Assembly: GCA_011772205.1 (NCBI GenBank)
Contig: WVZY01000077.1
Span: 9,145-73,144, forward strand
Direction: 5' to 3'
Source: Candidatus Latescibacterota bacterium
GTDB taxonomy: Bacteria > Krumholzibacteriota > Krumholzibacteriia > WVZY01
Length of the DNA: 64,000 nt
The position numbers were made by a program, and so were the translations under genes. Of the stretch, positions 9,497 to 19,600 are shown piece after piece (the stretch's first letter is position 1; each line of letters opens with the position of its first letter). A model generated the notes under the pieces. That model did not search any database and had not been told where the DNA came from. It was given only the letters and a program-made list of their open reading frames with translations.

Positions 9497-10357
9497 CTAC
9501 TCCTTTCTAAAGAACCGCTTCTCGTCCCCGGGGAGCAGATAATAAAATCCGAAGGTAATCTCGAGATATTCTTCAGGGAAATCCTCAGGGAGCGGCCGGA
9601 ATGGAGCCGCTCCCTTGACGGCGCCGACACTCGACCGGTGGAGCGAATCATGCCCCTCCGTCTGCACGATCTCCAGCCCCTCCATCCTGCCGTCGGAGTA
9701 AATTCTAAAACGCACCCACGTATAGCCATGAATGGATCCAAGCGCCGTGAATGCGAGCGGCGGAATCCAATGCTGTTTGATCCGGTGCTTGAGATCGAGA
9801 AGATACGGCGCGAAGTCCCATGCCGTCGTGTTCAGCGAAATGCCGCCGATCGACGCCCTGGCCGATGCCTCGTTGTCAAAATCGAGGTTCCGCTCAGGGA
9901 GGCTGGGTTCGCGTCTTGGGCTGATTTGACTCAAGAACTTCGAACGCTCGAATGCCTCGCCGAGATCCGTCACCTCCTCCGGGAGGGGCGGCAGCTCGCT
10001 TGCTCCCCCTCCTTCCGCACCTTCCTCGGGTGACGGCGTATCGGGAAACGGAAAGACGCCTTCGCCATGCGGCAGATCGCTTTTCTCTTCTGTATCTACG
10101 ACATCGCTGGCCTGCGATGAAACAGTGGACAAATAGCGGCTGAGGCGATCCGTCGGCGTGGGGCGTTCCGGTGGGGAAACCAGCGTGAATTCCAAAGGCT
10201 CGATTGCCACCTCCACGGGCAGGCTAAAATCCCATTTCTTCAATAGAACCTCTTTTACCGGAGGGAGGAGCAGAATGCCGTGGATCAGCACGGACACCAC
10301 TATGCCCCAGAGAATCGTGCGGTCCTGGCGCGATATCGGTCGGGAGGCAACCGTCAA
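9497..10357 (-). CDS. tonB: TonB-family energy transducer
   Basis: N-terminal SVLIH TM, Pro/acidic linker, C-terminal IKQHWIPP...AAPFRPLP TonB/TolA-C domain. Confidence 0.75.
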   Translation of the reverse strand: MTVASRPISRQDRTILWGIVVSVLIHGILLLPPVKEVLLKKWDFSLPVEVAIEPLEFTLVSPPERPTPTDRLSRYLSTVSSQASDVVDTEEKSDLPHGEGVFPFPDTPSPEEGAEGGGASELPPLPEEVTDLGEAFERSKFLSQISPRREPSLPERNLDFDNEASARASIGGISLNTTAWDFAPYLLDLKHRIKQHWIPPLAFTALGSIHGYTWVRFRIYSDGRMEGLEIVQTEGHDSLHRSSVGAVKGAAPFRPLPEDFPEEYLEITFGFYYLLPGDEKRFFRKE

Positions 10358-10361
10358 GGCT

Positions 10362-11183
10362 TTACTCTCTTTTTTCCAGCCTGCAGATGACGGATCCGGT
10401 GAAGAGCTCTCTCAGCACCGGCACGTAAGTGAAGAGCTTCAGAACGCCGAATTTTGCAGGCTTGAACTGTTTATACGTCAATCGAACCGATGGATGCCGT
10501 TTTACGAGCCGAAAGAAGCGCCTCACGCTCATGCGATTCAGATCTCTGTCGAACGATCGCATGATTCTCTCTGCTTCGCGGCTGGACTCCTGCTTTGACA
10601 TTCCAGGATGTCGAGAGGTCACCACATGCTCGATCGCTCCGTGCAGGTGCCGCCGCGAAAACAAGAGGTGGCACCACGGTATATAAATATAATCATAAAG
10701 ATGGGACCCAAGGGGTGAAAAATATGGGGTATAAAAGACCCAGATGGCTCCTCCCTTCCTCGTGACGCGCACCATCTCGGAGAACGCTCCTTCCGGATCC
10801 TCGAAATGCTCCATAGTGTCGCTCGCAACGACGGTGTCGAAGGCTCCGCCTGTCACGGGCAGCCTGGCGGCATCCCCAGTAAAAAAGCCCCAAACGAAGG
10901 GGCGATTGCTTTTTCCTGCGTATGAAACGCTCGCTGATGCATACTCGGCTGAAATATCGGTCCCAAACACAGCCAAGGCACCGCCTTCCCCTAAAGCTAC
11001 CGTTTTCCCGCCGAGTCCGCAGCCTATGTCTAATAGCTTTTTACCGCTAAGGTCCCCGGCTGGTTCCATATATAATCGTGCCAGCTCGCAGCCCCATCTG
11101 TACTCCCATTCGGCATAGGCATCGGTGGACTCCCGGCCTTCCACCCGGGGAGGCCGGAACCATTTGTTTATATAATTGATCAA
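10362..11183 (-). CDS. Class I SAM-dependent methyltransferase
   Basis: LLDIGCGLGG, GDAARLP, FDTVV..DTMEH; start placed at TTG11183 to avoid overlap with the ABC gene. Confidence 0.85.
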   Translation of the reverse strand: MINYINKWFRPPRVEGRESTDAYAEWEYRWGCELARLYMEPAGDLSGKKLLDIGCGLGGKTVALGEGGALAVFGTDISAEYASASVSYAGKSNRPFVWGFFTGDAARLPVTGGAFDTVVASDTMEHFEDPEGAFSEMVRVTRKGGAIWVFYTPYFSPLGSHLYDYIYIPWCHLLFSRRHLHGAIEHVVTSRHPGMSKQESSREAERIMRSFDRDLNRMSVRRFFRLVKRHPSVRLTYKQFKPAKFGVLKLFTYVPVLRELFTGSVICRLEKRE

Positions 11184-11202
11184 CCGTACCAATCGATCCC
11201 TT

Positions 11203-12318
11203 CTACGAATCGCTCGCAGGTTCGGTGTCGATCCGCTCCCCATTCGCTTTGGAGAAGAAATGGAGCCGGTCCGGGTCAACGAAAACCGCCGTGCGGCCCT
11301 CTTTATCCACCTGAAACCGCTCCTTTCCCCTGGCCACCAGCTCGGCGGTGCCGATCTTGAGGTGCGTGAGGGTCTCGTGTCCCAGCGGCTCGGTAAGCAC
11401 GATGTCGCCTTTGAGGTCAACACCCCGAGGATCGCTATCCGAATGATATGGCCTGACATGCTCAGGACGAACACCCACGAGGAGCTCGTCCTCCTGGCGC
11501 CGCAGCCGATCTGCCAGATCGGGCGGAATGGGCATCCGGATATCCTCGCCCAGCTGCAAGGTGCTTTGCGTCGGATCCAGCCTCCCCTTGAGAAGGCGCA
11601 TTGGGGGACTCCCAAGAAACGTTGCCACGAACGTATCTCTCGGTGATTGATAGCATGCTTCCGGGGTGCCCACCTGATGGATCTTTCCCTCGCTCATTAC
11701 AACGAGCATCTCGCCGATGGTCATCGCTTCGACTTGATCGTGGGTGACGTATACGGTGGTCACCTTCAGCCGTTGGAACAGTTTCTTGATGGTATACCGC
11801 ATATCCACGCGCAGCCGCGCATCGAGGTTCGAAAGCGGCTCATCGAAGAGAAACACCTTCGGCTCCCGGATGATGGCCCGGCCGAGGGCGACGCGCTGGC
11901 GCTGTCCGCCCGAGAGTTCGCCCGGTTTCCGGTGCAGCAGCTTGTCGATCTCCAGCGTCCGCGACACCTCTTGCACGCGCCGCTGGATGCTGGCCCGGGG
12001 CATCTTGCGCAACCGCAGCCCGAACGAGAGGTTTTCCCCGACCGTCATATGGGGATAGAGGGCATAGCTCTGGAAAACCATGGCCACGTCCCGTCTCCTC
12101 GGTTCCAACGTGTCCAGCCGCTTGCCGCCTAGATGGATCTCCCCGCGGGTTGGCTTTTCCAGGCCGGCGATGAGCCTCAGGACGGTAGTTTTGCCGCAGC
12201 CGGACGGCCCAACGATGACGGCCAGCGTGGGGCCGGGAATGCGGAGATGAAAATCGGACACCGCCACCACGCCGTTGTCATAGACCTTTTCCAAATGTGA
12301 AAAATCGAGGTCGCTCAT
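11203..12318 (-). CDS. Sugar ABC transporter ATPase (MalK/UgpC/MsmX type) with TOBE domain
   Basis: GPSGCGKTT, VFQSYALYPHMTV, LSGGQRQR, FLFDEPLSNLD. Confidence 0.95.
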   Translation of the reverse strand: MSDLDFSHLEKVYDNGVVAVSDFHLRIPGPTLAVIVGPSGCGKTTVLRLIAGLEKPTRGEIHLGGKRLDTLEPRRRDVAMVFQSYALYPHMTVGENLSFGLRLRKMPRASIQRRVQEVSRTLEIDKLLHRKPGELSGGQRQRVALGRAIIREPKVFLFDEPLSNLDARLRVDMRYTIKKLFQRLKVTTVYVTHDQVEAMTIGEMLVVMSEGKIHQVGTPEACYQSPRDTFVATFLGSPPMRLLKGRLDPTQSTLQLGEDIRMPIPPDLADRLRRQEDELLVGVRPEHVRPYHSDSDPRGVDLKGDIVLTEPLGHETLTHLKIGTAELVARGKERFQVDKEGRTAVFVDPDRLHFFSKANGERIDTEPASDS

Positions 12319-12449
12319 CGTAAGGTTTTCGCCGCTGGTACGACTTGATTTTGTAGGGTATTTCGCTTATTTTATGCAACAATATGCCGACAAGATAAAA
12401 ATCTCAATGCCTATACGGCATCAGGATACGCGTAAGGGGGATTGGACAC

Positions 12450-12713
12450 ATGCCGACATACGCTTACGAATGCACCAAATGTAGAAGAAAATTCGAAATT
12501 GATCAAAAGATTTCCGACCCTCCGCGCAAGCGCTGCCCGCACTGCAGGGGAAAGGTTTTCCGGGTGATCTCCGGCGGCGGGGGCGTCATACTCAGGGGAA
12601 ACGGTTTCTACGCGACGGACTACCGGAGCGAGGATTACAAGAAAAAAGCGGCCGCGGATAACGGGTCCATATCGCCGGCTTCCGAGAAAGAAAAGAAGAA
12701 CAAGGCCGCTTGA
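12450..12713 (+). CDS. FmdB-family zinc-ribbon protein
   Basis: MPTYAYECTKC...CPHC...GNGFYATDY. Confidence 0.9.
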   Translation: MPTYAYECTKCRRKFEIDQKISDPPRKRCPHCRGKVFRVISGGGGVILRGNGFYATDYRSEDYKKKAAADNGSISPASEKEKKNKAA

Positions 12714-12783
12714 TCGTTGTATGAGTGCTGTGCGGTGGGGCGATCAAGGCGCCATAGCCATTAATTTACGACTTGCTAAGGCG

Positions 12784-12814
12784 AAAAAGCATCTCCACAG
12801 GGAGATGCTTTTTT
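12784..12814. terminator. Bidirectional intrinsic terminator
   Basis: AAAAAGCATCTCC-ACAG-GGAGATGCTTTTT between convergent genes. Confidence 0.85.
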
Positions 12815-12859
12815 GTTTTTGCAACCATGATGAATAAGACAGGAGTCGGCGATTCCCTT

Positions 12860-14206
12860 CTAGGCCAGGATCTCCTTGAGCGTTTTATCAACGATCTCCA
12901 TGCCCTCATCGACGTCGGCCATCGTGAGGTTCAGCGCTGGACGGAACCTGACCGTTCTCGTGCCGCAGCCGGCGGCGATCAATCCGTTGTCCCTAGCTAC
13001 TGAGACAAAACTCTGCCGCTTGTCACGGTCCGGGAGATCGAACGCGACCATCAAACCTCTTCCGCGAGTGCTGGTTACGACATCGGGATACCGCTCGGCA
13101 ATTTTGCCCAGGGAAGAGAGCAAGTAGTCACCGACAATGCGGGCGTTTTCTACGAGATTCTCTTCGTGAATAATCTGAAGATACCGCGTCGCGCGAACCA
13201 TGTCGGTAAAGTTGCCGCCCCATGTCGAGTTGATCCGGCCAGGCACTTTGAAGACACTCTCAACCTCGTTGATCTTGTCGGAAGCCATCATGCCGCAAAC
13301 CTGCATTTTCTTCCCGAAAGCCAAAATATCGGGCACGACGCCCATGTGCTCGTATGCCCAGAACTTGCCCGTAAGGCCAACGCCGGTTTGCACCTCGTCA
13401 AAGACGAGGATGATCTCGTTCTCCTCCGTAATCTCACGGAGGAATTTGAAAAACTCGGGTCTGAAATGATTGTCGCCGCCCTCGCCTTGTATCGACTCGA
13501 TAATGAGGGCTGCGATATCATCGCCGCGTTCACGAATGGCCGCTTTGATCTCCTCTTTCGCTTTCTCCTCAGCGGCGATCACTTCGTCCAGACGATCTTC
13601 GAGAGGAAACGTGATCTTGGGATTCGTGATGCGCGGCCAGTCGAATTTGGGGTAATAATCGGTCTTCACCGGATTCGTATTCGTGAGAGATAACGTGTAG
13701 CCGGTCCGGCCGTGGAATGCTTCCCTGAAATGAATCACCTGCGTGCCGATTTCTTTTTTCGCTCCCCTTTCGAAGTTCTTCCTCACCTTCCAGTCGAAAG
13801 CGGCCTTCAAAGCGTTCTCGACGCCCAGTGCGCCACCTTCGATGAAAAAGATGTTCGGCAGCTCGGGCGGCATCGCCACCCGCTCGATCGTTTCGACCAG
13901 TTCAGCCATGTACGTCGAATAGAAATCAGAATTCGACGGTTTGTTTACCGCCGATGTTGTGAGCCTTTCGAGAAAATCTTTCTCGAGAAGCCGGGGATGA
14001 TTGAATCCTATCGGGCAGGTTGCAAAGAACATGAAAAGGTCGAGATATGTTTTTCCCGTCGCCTCATCGACAAGCCGGGATCCCTTGCTCTTTTTCGGAT
14101 CGAATACGATCGGGAAACCGTCCACGTTCATGTGCTTGCCGAGCGTCTCGAGCACCTTATCCGGATCAACCCGAAGATCCGATTGCTTATGCGCCGCCTC
14201 TCTCAT
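12860..14206 (-). CDS. lat: L-lysine 6-transaminase (class III PLP aminotransferase)
   Basis: NKPSNSD, GGALGVENALKAAFDWK, IQGEGGDNHF, DEVQTG, FGKK, RINSTWGG. Confidence 0.9.
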   Translation of the reverse strand: MREAAHKQSDLRVDPDKVLETLGKHMNVDGFPIVFDPKKSKGSRLVDEATGKTYLDLFMFFATCPIGFNHPRLLEKDFLERLTTSAVNKPSNSDFYSTYMAELVETIERVAMPPELPNIFFIEGGALGVENALKAAFDWKVRKNFERGAKKEIGTQVIHFREAFHGRTGYTLSLTNTNPVKTDYYPKFDWPRITNPKITFPLEDRLDEVIAAEEKAKEEIKAAIRERGDDIAALIIESIQGEGGDNHFRPEFFKFLREITEENEIILVFDEVQTGVGLTGKFWAYEHMGVVPDILAFGKKMQVCGMMASDKINEVESVFKVPGRINSTWGGNFTDMVRATRYLQIIHEENLVENARIVGDYLLSSLGKIAERYPDVVTSTRGRGLMVAFDLPDRDKRQSFVSVARDNGLIAAGCGTRTVRFRPALNLTMADVDEGMEIVDKTLKEILA

Positions 14207-14265
14207 GACCACTCCCTTCGAACCACGCGTCCTCTCGTTCCAAGCAAAGACCCGTTAACTCTATA

Positions 14266-14294
14266 AAAATAGATAATTTATGTGATTACGTCAA
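14266..14294 (-). promoter_or_regulatory. Sigma70-like promoter for lat
   Basis: TTGACG-17nt-TATTTT in an AT-rich spacer. Confidence 0.45.
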
Positions 14295-14371
14295 GTGTTG
14301 TCGCTTTTTGTGAAAATCCATCATTCTGGGCCTGTGAGACGCGCTCTGCCATAGCGAGAATGACTGGTGCT

Positions 14372-15886
14372 TCAATCGTTGCCTTCCGGCTTTTTGGCAT
14401 CATAAACACACTCGCCGCCGACATAGGTTTTCAAAACAGAGACCGCATCTGTGTCCGTCTCCAGAGGATTGCCGGAGAGGACGACAACATCCGCCCGGCT
14501 TCCTTCTTCGAACACTCCTTGGCCCCACCGACCGTTTTGAAACGCGCGGGCTGCGACGGTATAACGAAGCAACGCTTCCCCGGGCGGGATCCGTTCTTCG
14601 GGCGTCGGGTGGTGCGTGGCGCCCTTCATGCCATACAGGGGACCAGGCGGCATGCCATCCGAGCTGAAGCAATAACGAACGCCCGCCTCGAGGAACGATC
14701 GGAATCGATTGCAGAGTTTTGCGCGCTCTCGGCCCAGTCGCTCTTCATAGAGACCGCCTGGCCCGCCCCAGTTCCGTATGAAATTGGGCTGCATGACCGC
14801 ATAGACCGGAGCCCTTCGCAAAAGATCCAATTCTTCGGCCCCGACGATTTCTGCGTGTTCGATTCGAAACAACCGAGTATTTTTAGGATAATCAACCATC
14901 TGGCGCAGCACCGCGCGGACCGCCCGATCACCGATGGCGTGGGCTGCGCACATGTAACCCCTGTCGCGGCATTCTCTGAGCAATCGCGCCAATCGCTCTT
15001 CCGGGACGAGCAGACTGTCCATGCGCGGCGAATCGGCATAGGGTTCGTTCAATGCGGCCGTCCAACCGCCAATCGAGCCGTCCAAAAAAACCTTGATCCC
15101 TTCAATATTGAAATAAGACCGGTCCATCGCTTTGGAATCTTCGCGATACTGGTCGAGCTTCTTTGGATCGGTGCAAACGAGCCCAGCGATTCGCAGACGG
15201 CGGCCCGATTCCGCAATCCCCTTGAGATACACGTCGAATTGATTGGGCTCGATGATGTCGTGGATTCCCGTGATGCCAAGTCGGTGGAGTGCCGCAATGG
15301 CCCCATCAAAACTGTTCGAGATCAGTGTTTCATCGGGCGAACTCAACCGTCCGGCGACCCAAACGTCGTGCTCTTCGATCAATCCCGTTGCGCTATCCGG
15401 TGTAACACCCTCGGCTTCGAGCAATTTTGCAAACGGTGTATTCACCACGCCGATATGCCCGCAGATACGGCGGGCGAAGACCGGTCGTTCGCGCTCGATC
15501 GAATCCAGCATGTCACGGGTCGGGTATCGTCTCTCGGGCCAGCGGCTCTCGTCCCAATCGACGCCGACGACGAAACGATCATCATGGCTTCCGGCCCATT
15601 CCGACATCAAGCGGAGGACATCGTCGGCGGAGCCCGCATCGCCGAGATCACATCGCAAGCTCTTCAATGCAAGAGAGCGAAGGTGGATGTGGGCGTCGAT
15701 GAAGCCCGGAATGAGATAGCGATTCTTTAGATCGACAATGTTTCGAGGCTTCAGGGTGTCGGGGACCGGCGGGCTTCCATTATAAAAGGCACGTGATACG
15801 TGATCCCCCTCGATGAGAAGGTCACCCTTTTGGAACGTCCCTTTCTCCGTGAATAAAAATCCATCTTTAAATAGCGTTATCGTCAT
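14372..15886 (-). CDS. Amidohydrolase 3 family (YtcJ-like)
   Basis: PGFIDAHIH, KVFLDGSIG, HAIGDRA, RIEHAE, SSD motifs. Confidence 0.9.
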   Translation of the reverse strand: MTITLFKDGFLFTEKGTFQKGDLLIEGDHVSRAFYNGSPPVPDTLKPRNIVDLKNRYLIPGFIDAHIHLRSLALKSLRCDLGDAGSADDVLRLMSEWAGSHDDRFVVGVDWDESRWPERRYPTRDMLDSIERERPVFARRICGHIGVVNTPFAKLLEAEGVTPDSATGLIEEHDVWVAGRLSSPDETLISNSFDGAIAALHRLGITGIHDIIEPNQFDVYLKGIAESGRRLRIAGLVCTDPKKLDQYREDSKAMDRSYFNIEGIKVFLDGSIGGWTAALNEPYADSPRMDSLLVPEERLARLLRECRDRGYMCAAHAIGDRAVRAVLRQMVDYPKNTRLFRIEHAEIVGAEELDLLRRAPVYAVMQPNFIRNWGGPGGLYEERLGRERAKLCNRFRSFLEAGVRYCFSSDGMPPGPLYGMKGATHHPTPEERIPPGEALLRYTVAARAFQNGRWGQGVFEEGSRADVVVLSGNPLETDTDAVSVLKTYVGGECVYDAKKPEGND

Positions 15887-16043
15887 GACTGCTCATATCA
15901 TATGGATCGTATGCAGCGGAATCCACGCAAAAAAAGAGAGGCTCTATTTTTCAAGAGCCCCTCCCCCATTCCCCAAGGAATTTGTGCTTCAGTATCGCTC
16001 AAGGACGCTTCCGTCCGTGCGGCGGTCCTCAATCGTCGAGCGC

Positions 16044-16394
16044 TTAATCTATGTGGCCGGTCTCCGGAGGAAAGTGCCTCGTCTCGAGAAGATTCCCATC
16101 ATCATCGAACCAAAACTCGAGACCACGGCTGTAATATTTCCACCGCTCGGTTTTCTCGCCACAGAAACTGAATCTGAGACGATGCGGCGTGTAGCCGTAT
16201 TCGTCAAATATGGCCAGCTTGTCGCCCTTTAGATTCTCTCGCAGCGAAAACCGCCGAGCGTATTTCCGGCCTTTCTTGCCCCTTAGGTAGGTTACGCCGG
16301 AACGTTTGAACTTAACGTAATCCCGTCCTAGAGCGAACGTGTCCCCCGCCAAGAACAGAAAGACACAGGCCAGTAATAGGACCCTGATTCTCAT
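16044..16394 (-). CDS. Small exported protein with possible SmpA/BamE-like C-terminal domain
   Basis: Signal peptide; GYTP...ERWKYY...FWFDDDGNL; own SD and promoter. Confidence 0.6.
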   Translation of the reverse strand: MRIRVLLLACVFLFLAGDTFALGRDYVKFKRSGVTYLRGKKGRKYARRFSLRENLKGDKLAIFDEYGYTPHRLRFSFCGEKTERWKYYSRGLEFWFDDDGNLLETRHFPPETGHID

Positions 16395-16467
16395 AGCCGT
16401 TGTCTCCTTGATGCAGTTGCCAAAGTTGCGGGCTATTTAGGGGGTGGGCCATTCCTCAAGACACCTT

Positions 16468-16497
16468 ATTATACCATATTTGGAGCCACGGTGGCAA
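16468..16497 (-). promoter_or_regulatory. Sigma70 promoter with extended -10
   Basis: TTGCCA-18nt-TATAAT, TG at the extended -10 position. Confidence 0.6.
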
Positions 16498-16695
16498 GGG
16501 CTTGAATGGGGCTTCCTTATGCGGAGAAACGAGGTTTGGAGGGCTCCAAAAAGGAGGATTTTTCCGGGCAGTTTCTTGCGATTGCCAGCTCCGAGGGGAT
16601 CTGTTTTTGCATCTGCTTTTCTCGAAAAAATACGGACTTATCGGATATTTATCGCGTTTTCGCCAACATCACGAAATGCTTGCGAGATGGTTTGC

Positions 16696-19600
16696 TTACT
16701 TTAGCAATATCATCTTTCTTGTTTTAACAAACTTCTTCGTTACGAGCTTGTAGAAATACACGCCGCTCGAGACCGGCTGTCCTGCATCGTTGCGGGCGTT
16801 CCAGCCTTTGGCATATTCACCCGCGGGATTCTCCTCGTTTACCAGCGTCTTCACCAGCTGCCCGGCGACGTTGTAGATTTTCAACGTCACATGGGCCCGT
16901 TCCTTGATCGAGTATTTGATTGTTGTGCTCGGATTGAATGGGTTCGGGTAGTTCTGGGCGAGGCTGTTTGTATAGTAGGGGGTGGCGTCTGCGCCTGAAG
17001 GATCTTCGACGGGTAGGCTAAATAGATGCCGCAGGACACTGACCAGGTGATCCACACGATCAGGCACTCCTGCAGGAACATCGTCACGGATATAATGGAA
17101 GCTAAAGCCTGAGAGGACCACGGCAACCGGGTTGCCCAGCGCGTTCAACGTGTCGTACGCCACAACGGCACCGTCGTTCGCAGCGCCCGAGCCCCCGTAC
17201 GTCATCTCCAGGGTCGTGCTCGCGACCGGCCGGATCACATCGAAGTCATTGATGCCCGGACAGCCGCCGTAGACAACGATCGTGTCTTCCTCGAGTGGAA
17301 CACCGTGATCGAAGATCCCGCCATCCTCACCGATCACCAGCGGCGATATAGAGAAGCTCACCGTGTGATCATCGTCCACCAACTGGTACGGAATGTACGT
17401 GCTGATGAACTGGGACGAGGACGGATTCGTCAGCGTTTCCCATTCTGAGGCCATGTTATCGCCGGAGAAGTAGATACCGGCTCCTACTGGGTCCGGATGC
17501 TGATCCATGAAGAAATAGAGCATCGCGAAGTCATCCGTCTCGTTCGCGCTCATGTCACCAACCGTACCTCTGTTGAGGTTACCGGAGTTCCAGATAATCT
17601 TCCGGTAGTTCGGGAATAGCTGGTTTTGAACACTCCACATACGACCTGTAAGACCATTTCCGACCAACGAAGACGGCCCGCGCTTATCGAAGCGGTCGAC
17701 CCAGTCCATGATCCCTATCATCTCGAACGCGGAATTGAAGTATGGCTCGGCACCTCTGCCGCTGAATTGATCAACATATAGGATGTTTCCGCCGTATCCA
17801 CTGGGCAGGATCTGCATCTCCATCGGGGCCGCGCAAGCCTCTTCGATATCGTCCACTGTGCCGGTGAATTGGCTCCACCACGTCGAAGTCACGTTGGCAT
17901 CCGTCGCACCGAAAAAGAACCACAAGGTGTCTCCGTTGGTGAAGAAATGATCATTCACATCGATGCAAAACCTGTCAGGCGCAGGACCGGTGCGAGGACC
18001 GCTATGCTCTGTAAAACACGTGTCGAGACGGAACTGATACCACTTCCGGCTGCCACAGATCACCGAGTCGACAACCGGCCAGCGATAACTATCCTCCACG
18101 ATCTTATCGAGCGGCATCGGCTTGCTCTGAGGATCGCGGGAGAGATAGAAATAAACCGCAGATCCAAAACCGGTGTTCGGATCGCTCCCGAGGCCAAATG
18201 TCGGCTCGCTCACGGTAATGATTGCCGAGTCACCCGGTACATTATGTCCATCTAGATAAGATGTGATGTCGATCGCCGCACCGATTCTGGCCGTCCCAAG
18301 GGAGTCACCCCCCTCGGGAAAGGTATCGTTGAAAAGATCGATGTCTCGAACGCTGAATTGCGGACCCGTTACTCTGACCCGGATGAACCTCACGTTGTCG
18401 TAAAGAGGCCCATGCCTATGGCAGTCGGGTGGCTGGTAGGAATTGCAATAGAAACCGCACAGATCATAGCACCCGAGCGCGAGCTGTATCTGTTCAGCTC
18501 CCGGATCTATCAAGTCTGCATAACTTTCAATCCATCGATGCCACCTTGGACCGTATCCGAAATTAATCCAAGCACGATCTCTCCAGTCTCCAGGGCAGCC
18601 CCCAATCCAGGTCCGGGCATGCCAGATAAAAGCGACCAATTCGGTGAAGGGATTGTCTTCGTATACGTCTATTTCGAAATACGCAGCATCTGCATCAGAT
18701 GGAACGGGACTGCCGTAAATGTCCGTATCCCAATCAATGAGCGGCGACCAGATCTCATTCGTGAGATAAAGCATTCCTCCATCCACTTCCTTCCCATATG
18801 GCACCGCTTTCTGTGCGGGATGGCCGGCACAAGCCATGTCGACCGTCGATCCCTTGAAGAATCCCCACAGAAAAGAGAGATTGTGCACGCAGGGATCTTC
18901 TTGGAGGACGGCACTTCCAGGGAACAGCCCCGCAAAATCCCCGTATGCCAGTTTGGCGTCTGCGTACCAATCTCCATCGGCTGTTGCCGTATCCCCAACC
19001 GCTTCCGATTCGAAATCCTGGTAGTCGAGCGTGCTCGCAGTATCCGACACGAGGATGCTGTCGATGACGATCGCTCCATCGGAGTTATACATCCCATCTT
19101 GATCGGACCAGCCAGTATCGGAGTCAAAGCGGAAACGAAATATCACCGAACCATCGAGCGAGTCTGCCGGTACGGTCAGGTTTGCCGTGATGTCCCCGTC
19201 TCCATCCAAAGCGAGCAAGTCAACCCATGCACCGTCCTTATTTCTGTATTGAACATACGTGTAGTCGCAGTATGGCTCGGTATCATGATGTGCTTTGAAG
19301 GAGAGTGTCACATCGCCGCTGGTTGCAAATTCAACCGACTGGAACCGCTGGCCCCATGAATTTCCATACCCGGGCAGTTTCTTGTACGAGCAGAGATAGG
19401 TATCCGAGGCATTCGGCCTGGCGCCGCACCACAGGGACTGGTTCCCTTCGATTGGCACCAATCCGCCAAAGTCGCCACCATTCAATCCTGAAAAATCGTC
19501 CACATGGAAAAACACTCCCATAGGAGCTGTGAGATCAACGCCGAACCAGCCCTGCGGATCAGCCATGCCCGGGCCATCAAAATCAAAATCTGCCAGCACA

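Noticed and set aside
11184-11615. N-terminal extension of the methyltransferase ORF
   Set aside because: Overlaps the ABC ATPase in another frame and reads as non-protein-like; TTG11183 is more plausible
14282-15730. 482-aa plus-strand ORF
   Set aside because: Antisense shadow of the amidohydrolase; the same applies to 18358-19359, 40090-41004, 42250-43179 and 43542-44507
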